Source: Candidatus Vampirococcus lugosii
GTDB taxonomy: Bacteria > Patescibacteriota > Gracilibacteria > Absconditabacterales > Absconditicoccaceae
Reading direction: 5' to 3'
Length of the DNA stretch: 15,583 bases
Assembly: GCF_018420025.1 (NCBI RefSeq)
Contig: NZ_JAEDAM010000019.1
Coordinates: 1-15,583, forward strand
Below the pieces are notes generated by a model that was given only the letters and a program-made list of their open reading frames with translations, made no database searches and had not been told where the DNA came from. Positions 1 to 8,090 of this stretch are shown here, one piece after another; position 1 is the stretch's first letter, and the number at the start of each line of letters is the position of its first letter. The position numbers and the translations under genes are program-made.

Positions 1-65
1 TCAACAAGATAATGAGTGACATAAGTTTTTCAATTATATTTGCGAGTACTTTTTTTAATAAACAT
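1..65 (-). CDS. 5' end of a CDS running off the left edge (MFIKKSTRKYNGKTYVTHYLV...); possibly an IS4/IS1634-like transposase N-terminus
   Basis: ATG at 65-63 on the minus strand. The frame is open to position 1 if TGA is Gly (one in-frame TGA). The basic N-terminus with GKTY...LV resembles transposase N-termini from memory. Only 21 codons are visible. Confidence 0.3.
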
Positions 66-313
66 ATTATAATTATTACCACTTAAAATAATAAAAGATA
101 AAAAATAATATATTTCATTATAATAAAAAAAATCATAATTTCAAGAGAAAATACAATAATACTCGCCACTACAAAATAAAATATTTTCTGTTTACAAAGA
201 TGAGATTAAACAAAAATAAAATATTTTAAAATTTAAAATAAATTTCTATTGATTTTTAAAAATTAATATGTAATGTATATATACATTTATATTTTAAAAA
301 TAAAAACAAAATA

Positions 314-1576
314 ATGGATTATAAAAAAAATACACAATATGATAACAAAACATTAGATAATGATGATATAGTTAGTTTGAATAATAAATGATTAGCATTA
401 TATGATTCATGAAAATATGAAGAAGCTATTGAATATTATGATAAAGTATTGGAAATAGATCCAAATTATACTACTACTTTGAGTAATAAATGAAGTCTAT
501 TGCAATATTTATGAAGGTATGAGGAAGCTATTGAATCTTATGATAAACTTTTAAAGTTAGAATCTAATAGTACTAATATTTTAAACAATAAATGATTAGC
601 ATTGCATAATTTATGAAGATATGAAGAAGCTATTGAATCTTATGATAAAGCATTAGAAATAACCTCAAATTATGCTATTACTTTAAATAATAAATGACTA
701 GCATTAATCTTTATATGAAGATATGAAGAAGCTATTGAATGTTATGACAAAGTATTAGAAAAAAATCCTAATGATACTAAAGTAATAGTTGATAAAGCAT
801 TAGCATTATATAGATTATGAAGATATGAAGAATCTATTAAATTTCTTGATATAGCATTGGAAATAACTCCTAATGATCAGTCTATATTGGATAAAAAATG
901 AATTGTACTACAAACAATTTTAAATTCTAAAAAAGATAAAGATAGTGCAGAAATTTTTTTGGAAAATATATGTAAAGAACTAAATGTTATAGATGAATGA
1001 TACAAAACCAATAATATAAGTGATATAAAAAGTTCTTATTTTTGAATATTAAGAAAAATTGTTGATAGTAAAATTTATGATTCTTATATATTACAAAAAT
1101 TTTCTTTATCTTATACTTTAGCATATATATTATCAAATGAAAGTGATGAAGCAATTGATATATGGTTACAGCAAAGTGATTATGAATTGCTTAATCAATG
1201 AATGGAGTATATAAAAAAATGACCACTTTCATTATCTGTAAATGATACATTATTGTATAATGAAATATGTTGATATTTGTATTGTTCCAATTTAATTACA
1301 AATCCATTACAAGAAAAACAATCTAGTTTGGAAAACTATATGAGAGTAAATTGTAATTATTTTATTGAAAATGAAGATGATGATAATCTTATTAGGGTTT
1401 TGTGAATGTGGAAATATTTATTAAATAAAATATATAATTCTAATCCTCCAAAAAACACATTATATGATGATTATTTAAAAATAATAGTAGATAAAAAATC
1501 AAAGAAAAAAGAAATGTTTTTTATGAAAGAAATATGTAATTTTTTATTACCTGATAAATGGGAATTACCTAATTAA
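314..1576 (+). CDS. Tetratricopeptide-repeat (TPR) protein, 420 aa
   Basis: ATG 314, TAA 1574-1576. I checked the frame codon by codon; it is open only when TGA is sense. It has five to six 34-aa units with consensus NNKGLALxxLGRYEEAIExYDKALEIxPN, in which both Gly residues are encoded by TGA. The C-terminal ~250 aa are not repetitive. Confidence 0.9.
371..880 (+). repeat. Five tandem 102-bp coding repeats (TPR units), highly similar at the DNA level
   Basis: The string aataaatga recurs at 383, 485, 587 and 689, with degenerate copies at 791 and 893, giving an exact 102-bp period. The core tgaagatatgaagaagctattgaatcttatgataaa is nearly identical between units. Confidence 0.8.
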
Positions 1577-1687
1577 AAAGGAACTAATACTATAAGTGAG
1601 TAGAATTATTTGAAATGTGAAGATATTATTTTCAGAAGCTTAGATGTGCAATTACTTGAAAAGTATCACAAAATATGTATAAAAAAT

Positions 1688-1713
1688 ACTGAAATTAGTT
1701 TTCAGTGTTTTTT
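1688..1713 (+). terminator. Rho-independent terminator downstream of the TPR gene
   Basis: Stem actgaaa (1688-1694) pairs with tttcagt (1700-1706) around a 5-nt loop, followed by gtttttt. Confidence 0.55.
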
Positions 1714-1909
1714 AATCAATAAAAAATAATAATAATCAGAAGATTAGAATAATTTTTTATTGACTTTTATTTAAAAATAATTAGTTATATATTAACTATA
1801 AATTATTTTATATTTTTGTATTTTATTTTTTTAAGTGCTAATAATCATAATATTTTTATTTCCTTTTAAATCTTTTATTTAATCAAGGATTTGGTCTACA
1901 AAATTGAGA

Positions 1910-2035
1910 TTAACGACAAATTGATTGAAAAGCTCTAACTGATGTACATTTATTTTCTTCAGAAATAATATGTAATGAATACGATAAAAAAGATAACAAC
2001 AATATTAATGTAATTATAATAGATAATTTTTGCAT
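1910..2035 (-). CDS. Small hydrophobic peptide, 41 aa (MQKLSIIITLILLLSFLSYSLHIISEENKCTSVRAFQSICR), translationally coupled to the upstream redox gene
   Basis: Its ATG (2035-2033) overlaps the upstream TAA (2037-2035) as TAATG. It has an N-terminal signal/TM-like segment and two Cys in the tail. The ORF is short, so support is weak. Confidence 0.3.
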   Translation of the reverse strand: MQKLSIIITLILLLSFLSYSLHIISEENKCTSVRAFQSICR

Positions 2036-3648
2036 TATTCAAATTTTTCATAATAAATATTTTCATATCACATTTTAATTAATTTTTCTTTTGATTCTAT
2101 TACTAATCAAGGATTTCAACATATGTAAAATTCTATTTCTTTATCATATTTGAAATTTTCAACATTAATTCTTCAATAATTATATATATTTATATTTTCT
2201 TTTGATAAATAAATATTGATTTCCAAATTTTCTATTTTTTTCAATTCATCTAAATAAAATAAATCATTTTGATTAGCTACTCAAAAGTGCAAATATTTTT
2301 TACAGTTTTTAATATTTGGATTATTGATCATAGAATATATAGGTGCCAAACCCGTTCAAGTTGCCAAAAAAACTTTTGATTTATTATTAATTTTTAATTT
2401 AAATTCACCAAAAATTCAAGCAATTTTTAAATTATCTCATTTATTTAATTTTGGAAATAATTTACTAGCTCTACCATTTGCTTTAAGTTTTATAAAAAAA
2501 GTAAAATTTAATCAGCTTTTATCTGCTATACTATACTGTCTTATAAATTCTCAATCAAAATCTTCAAGCACAAATTTAATAAATTGTCAATCAAAATATT
2601 CCAAATTAGAATTTGATTTTATAACTAATTTAATTACATCTTTAGTAAGATAATGAATTTCTGCTATTTCAACTTTTTTATAATTTTGTTTTTCTTCATA
2701 ATAAGGGATAAAATCTTTTTTGCTAACTCAACATAAAGGACAAACCCAATCATTTGGAATGTCTTCAAATTTAGTTCAAGGAAGTAAACCTCAATCTGGA
2801 TCTCCTTTATTTTCATCATAAATATATCAACAAACTATACATATATATTTAGTAGTTTTTCAAGCTTTAATATTTTTGTATACAGAATTTTTTTTGAAAA
2901 AAACAATAGTTCTAAAAATAATAACACTTGAAAACAAAATCATATAAAATAAATCAATCCTACTAGCAAAAGCTATATGAATCATACTCAATAAAAATAA
3001 TGGATACACCATATAATGAATTCATTTCCAAATAGAACCTAGAATTTTTTGAGAAAAATTATTTGAACTTATTCATAAAATTAACATTATAAATCAAGCA
3101 ATAAGTCAAGTTAATGCATCCATTCTATTTTTAATATTTTTGAATATATACTCCAATAAACTTGAATCTCAAAAATGATAATATCTTTCAAGTTCAATAT
3201 AATTTAACAAATGAATCATAAAAAATAAAAATGATAATATTCCAAATATTTTTCTAATAAATATTAATTTACTATAATATTTATCACTAACAAAATAAGA
3301 TAATGGATTAATCAATAGTGCCATAGACAAATAAAAAAAAGCTATTTTACCTGAAATTCTTAATATACTATTATCATAAGATTGCATAGTATTTGCAAAA
3401 AAATATCATAATATTATTCAAGGAATTAATAAAATTATTAAACTTATAGAAAATATAGAAAAATTTTTTAAAGATTTTTTTTCTTTAAAGAAAAGCAAGA
3501 AAAAAACAGAAAAAATTATATACACTAATATTGTATACCAAAAAAATTGATTTAAATAAAAAATATTTTCCAAATCTAATTTCAAAAAAGAAATAATTAA
3601 AGGTAATTGAAAAATTGACTGTATTAATAATAATATATATTTTTTCAT
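2035..3648 (-). CDS. Three-module membrane oxidoreductase, 537 aa: ferric-reductase/NOX-type haem TM domain, rubredoxin, and an FNR-like FAD/NAD(P)H-binding domain
   Basis: ATG 3648-3646, TAA 2037-2035. I checked the frame codon by codon and it contains many in-frame TGA. The N-terminus is a multi-TM region with His pairs (FFMIHLLNYIELERYYHF; WKGIHYMVYPLFLLSMIHIAF, an H-x12-H spacing). The centre is a rubredoxin, [46 protein letters not shown]. The C-terminus carries the FNR motifs RQYSIA, GRASKLF, ATGTGLAP and YICGNPGL. Confidence 0.9.
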
Positions 3649-3655
3649 AAATTTA

Positions 3656-4039
3656 TTACAAATTAGATACAAATTCTTGGAAAGCTTCTGTAGTTAAACT
3701 AGCTCATCACAAAGTATCACTTATTTGAACTTCAGATGGAATTAATCAAACTACTTCATCATTAACTTCCTGAGCAAATGCTTCTTGTGATGGATTTTTA
3801 GGATCTACATTTATTGATGTAATTATTCATTTATTGTCCAAACTAATTTTTCAATCCAAAAAAGCTACTGAATTATCTGGCAAATTATATTCAATTGAAA
3901 AATCTATAACTTCATCATTTTTATCACTAGTTTGATTATTATTAGTTTGTTCATTCTCTTCTTCAGAATTTCATCAAATACAACCTGATAAAACAAAAAT
4001 TGATACAAAAGGAAGTAAAAATAGAGTTTTATTATTCAT
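3656..4039 (-). CDS. Lipoprotein with a C-terminal FMN-bind-like domain, 127 aa
   Basis: ATG 4039-4037, TAA 3658-3656. The signal peptide MNNKTLFLLPFVSIFVLSGC carries the lipobox LSGC. The C-terminus (...GIITSINVDPKNPSQEAFAQEV...QISDTLGGASLTTEAFQEFV) resembles the FMN_bind domain and its flavinylation-type motif Dxx(s/t)GA(S/T). It ends 7 nt before the next gene's start. Confidence 0.85.
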
Positions 4040-4204
4040 AATTATAATACAATTAATTTAATAAAATGAAATAGTATAATAATTTTTTAAATAATAAAAT
4101 CAAGTAAAAATACTTTTATATTTGAATTTTTTATTAAAATAATTATTATATACTTTAATTTAAAGTTTAGTTTAATTTAATATTTTTTTACAAAAAATAC
4201 AAAT

Positions 4205-6628
4205 ATGTTAATTTTTTTTATTATATTATCTATATTGTTTTTATTTTTTTTCTTTTTGATAAAATATTTAATTTTTCATATGAAGAAAAAAAATATACTA
4301 AAAAAAGCAGATGATATTAGATTTATTCAAGTAAAAATTTCTAGTAATAATTCTGAATGAACTGATCAAACTTCTTCTATGAAACAAAATATTGAAATAA
4401 TGAATCAATTGTACAAAAATTTGTGATCAGTTTATTCTGGAGATTATATGAGTACTAAGTTTGGTCAAAATTTCATAGTATTAGAAATGATTGTAGAAAA
4501 AGAAATGATAAATTATATAATGTGAATTCCTCAAGATTATGTTGAATCATTTGAAAAATTAATTTCATCATTTTATCCTTGATCTGTAGTAGATAAAATT
4601 TCACAAAATAAAATATTAAATGCATGAAATTGTGTTTCTGCTTGAGATATAGTTCTTTCCAAGTCTGATACTTTACCGATCAAAATTTATGATGATTTTG
4701 AAGCTGATCCTATAGATAGTATTTTATCTTCATTTTCAAAAACTAATTGGGATGAAAAATTAATTTTACAATTTGTAATAAGTCCATTATCCGATTGAGA
4801 ACAATCTAATTTTTCAAAAGCAGTAGAAGCTTGTAAGACAAGTAAAAAAAAGTCAATTTTTTGATTAATTAAAAAAATATTTGATTTTAATTCTGATGAA
4901 TGAGAATCAAAGTGAGAAGAAAAAAGTAAATATACATCTTCACAAACACAAGATATAGATAAAAAATGAGAATGAGAATTTTTTAATGTAAAGATTAGAA
5001 CATTAGCAATAAGTCCTGATCAAAATAGAGCAGATAAATTTTTGAGAGATATTCAAAGATCTTTAAGTCAATATAATTATGCATGATTAAATAAATTATC
5101 TGTAAAAAAACCAAAAAATTTAGATGATTTTTTATATAATTTTATTTATAAATCTCCTATTAGTTTACAAACTAATATAAGAAATATTCTCAAAACAGAA
5201 AAAGGTCATATATTTAGTATCAAAGAACTTTCTTCTCTTTATCATTTTCCTCATTCCAAATTTAATAAAAATCCAAGAATTAGATGGCAAAATTTTAAAA
5301 TAGTTCCAGCACCTGATACTATTCCTTCTGATTGATTATATATATGAAATAATTTATATTCTTGAGTTAATAAGAAAATTAGAGTAAAACCGGAAGATAG
5401 ATTTAGACATTTTTATTGTATTGGTCAAACTGGTACTGGTAAATCAACAATGCTTACTGTACAAGCAAAAGATGATTTAATTAATTGAAGATGATTTTGT
5501 ATGATAGATCCTCATGGGGATTTATGTGAAAGTCTTTTATGATATTTTCCCAAAGAAAGAATTAATGATCTTATTTATTTTGATGCAGCAGATTTTCAAA
5601 ATCCTATATGATTAAATGCTTTTGAAGCAGAAAATGAAGAACAAAAAGATGTAGTTGTAAGTGATTTGGTAGATATGTTTGTTAATCTTTATTGACATGA
5701 AATTTTTGGTCCTAGAATTCAAGATTATTTTAGAAATGGTGCATTAACACTTATGGATCAACCTGATTGATGAACTATGGTAGAGATTGTAAGACTTTTT
5801 GCAGATGAAGCTTTCCAAAAAACTAAACTTAAAAATGTAAAAAATCCAGTAGTAAGAAATTGGTGGGAAAAAACTTATGCAGCTATGTGAGATAGAGAAA
5901 AGGCTGAAGCTATTCCTTTTTTTCAAGCTAAATTTGGACAATTTACTACTACTCCTATTTTGAGAAATATAATATGACAAACTGAATCATCTTTCAAAAT
6001 GTCTCAAGTTATGCAAGAAAATAAAGTTTTGTTAGTAAATTTAAGTAAATGAAAATTGTGAGAAATAAATTCTGAACTTATCGGTAGAATTATTACTACA
6101 CAAGTAAAAGTTGCAGCATTACAAAGAGCATCTATGCCTGAAAATGAAAGAATTCCTTTTTATTTGTATATAGATGAATTTCAAAATTATGTAAGTCAAT
6201 CTATAGAAAGTATATTATCTGAAGCAAGAAAATATAAATTATGACTTACTGTAGCTCATCAATATATTGATCAACTTAGATCTCATTGATTATGATGAGA
6301 TTTGGATTTGTCAAAAGCTATTTTTGGTAATGTTTGAAGTATTATGGCATACAAAGTATGACCTGAAGATGCAGAATTTTTGGAAAGAGTTTTTGCACCA
6401 GAATTTAGCAAATCTGATTTGGTAAATATGGATAAATACAAATGAGTTATGAGATTATCTGTAGATAGTCAGCCTACTAAACCTTTTAGTATTGCAACTT
6501 TAAATCCATTTACTCCTTTTATAAATTCTCCTGAAAAAATTAAAGTAATAAAAGAAATTTCTTCTCTTAAATGGGGAAGAAAAAAAGAATTAGTAGAAAA
6601 AGAAATTTATTATAAAGTATGAGTTTAA
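4205..6628 (+). CDS. Membrane-anchored P-loop ATPase of the VirD4/TraG/TraD (type IV secretion coupling protein-like) family, 807 aa
   Basis: ATG 4205, TAA 6626-6628. There is an N-terminal TM segment (MLIFFIILSILFLFFFFLIKYLIF). Motifs are Walker A GQTGTGKST (5423-5449), MIDPHGDL, Walker B FYLYIDEFQNY, and ARKYKLGLTVAHQYIDQL, which is typical of the TraG/TraD C-terminal module. Confidence 0.88.
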
Positions 6629-6652
6629 TTTATTTTTAAAATTTTTTGATTA

Positions 6653-7318
6653 ATGAATTCAACTATTAATTTATCTGAATTATTCTTGGGAACTTGTTTA
6701 CATTTTTTTGTAAATAATTTTTTTGATGAACAAAATGAAAATGAATTATTAAGTGATAATGAAATTTTACAAAAAATAATTGATTGAAATAAAAATATTT
6801 TTTCTTTATTGTTGGATAGATATTCTGATAAAATATATAGATATATTTTTTACCATTTTAATTTTGATAAAAAAATTTCTCAAGATCTTACTCAAGAAGT
6901 TTTTCTTCATGTTTGGAACAAATTAAATAAATTTGATAATGAACAAAAATTTGAACCATGGCTTTATAGATTGGCACATAATTGCTGTATTGATTGGATT
7001 AGGAAAAATAAAAACAATTTAAGTGAAAGTTCTTTGGATAATATTTCGTATGATATATGAGAAGCATTTGATGAGAATGATCTTGAAAATAATTATAAAC
7101 AAAAATTAATTTATCAAATACTTGAAAAATTGGATCATAAATCTAAACATATAATTATATTATCATATTTTGAACAAAAATCTTATGATGAAATTGCATA
7201 TATTATTTGAATATCAAAATGAGCTGTATGAACTAGTCTTACTAGAGCAAGAAATAAATTGAAAGATATCATAAACTCGGATGATGTTTTGAAAGATGCA
7301 CTTAATTTTGATTTATAA
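6653..7318 (+). CDS. ECF-type sigma-70 family RNA polymerase sigma factor, 221 aa
   Basis: ATG 6653, TAA 7316-7318. Region 2 reads DLTQEVFLHVWNKLNKF...FEPWLYRLAHNCCIDWIRK. The region 4 HTH reads SYDEIAYIIGISKGAVGTSLTRARNKLK, with three Gly encoded by TGA. The gene starts 24 nt after the ATPase stop. Confidence 0.9.
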
Positions 7319-7346
7319 AATTTATTTTACTATAAAATATTTTAGT

Positions 7347-8063
7347 ATGAAAAAAAAGCTTGATTTATCAAAACTACTTTCAAAAGATAATTATCAAGAA
7401 ATAAAATTATCAAAAGATATAAAAGATAATATATTGAAGCAAACTATTTACAAAAAACATAGTTTTTTGAGTAAGTTTAAATTTTATGCATTACCAAGTT
7501 TTGCTATATTATTAATATTTGTTTTTTGATTTTATTTTTATGAAATAAATAAAAATAGTTTTGTAAATCAAGAAAATCAAAAAAACATAAATATTTGACT
7601 TAATAATATTGAAAATCAAGAAGTTTGAAATTTTGAAGAAAATGAAGAAATTCAAGAAAATAGTATACAAAATTTTGCAAAAAATAGAAGTCTAGATCAA
7701 ATTTCTGAAGATGTAGAAATGTTTGATACTGATTCAAGTAATGATATTGAACAAAATATAGGTACATATTCTATGGAAGAATCTAATACTTGATTTGGTA
7801 GAGCTTGATTTGGAGCTAAAACAGTAGATGTTGCAAGTAGTTGAGTTTATGAAAAAGATGATTTTTATAATAAATTAAAAAAATATTTTGTAGAAAATTA
7901 TATTAAATTTATAATTTTATCTATATTAATAATTATTAATATTTTGATTTTATTTTATACATACAAATATTTTTCATTAAACAAAAAAATGAAAATATTG
8001 TTAATTATTTCATTTTTTGTAGATATTTTATTGTTTTATTATGTAATATTTATTTTAATATAG
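7347..8063 (+). CDS. Membrane protein, 238 aa; putative anti-sigma factor by position
   Basis: ATG 7347, TAG 8061-8063. It starts 28 nt after the sigma stop. It has a ~50-aa N-terminal cytoplasmic segment, a TM segment (FYALPSFAILLIFVFGFYFY), an acidic low-complexity middle and two C-terminal TM segments. No ZAS motif is present, so the function is inferred from synteny only. Confidence 0.65.
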
Positions 8064-8090
8064 GATTTTGAAATTAAACTAAAATTTATT

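Noticed and set aside
272-287. Perfect 16-nt palindrome aatgtatatatacatt upstream of the TPR gene, as an operator
   Set aside because: It is a pure A/T-rich alternating sequence. Palindromes like this are expected by chance at this composition, so it is mentioned only as context for the possible IS end.
1613-1696. 27-codon ORF (MGRYYFQKLRCAITGKVSQNMYKKYGN) between the TPR stop and its terminator
   Set aside because: It is too short, has no recognisable features and overlaps the terminator stem. It is treated as 3' UTR.
2324-2653. Track ORF of 109 aa on the + strand
   Set aside because: It is antisense to the FNR-like domain of the 2035..3648 minus-strand CDS, which carries clear conserved motifs. 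The ORF is a low-complexity artefact of AT-rich sequence.
5744-5980. Track ORF of 78 aa on the - strand
   Set aside because: It is antisense to the VirD4/TraG-like ATPase CDS, and the peptide is low-complexity with no motifs.
6689-6695. GGAACTT, an ECF-type -35-like motif
   Set aside because: It lies inside the sigma-factor coding sequence, downstream of the only in-frame ATG, and I saw no convincing -10 partner.
7296-7346. Upstream extension of the anti-sigma-like ORF as drawn in the track (start at 7296)
   Set aside because: Position 7296 lies inside the sigma-factor CDS. The hydrophilic MKKKLDLSKLL start at 7347 follows the sigma stop and is the more plausible initiation site.
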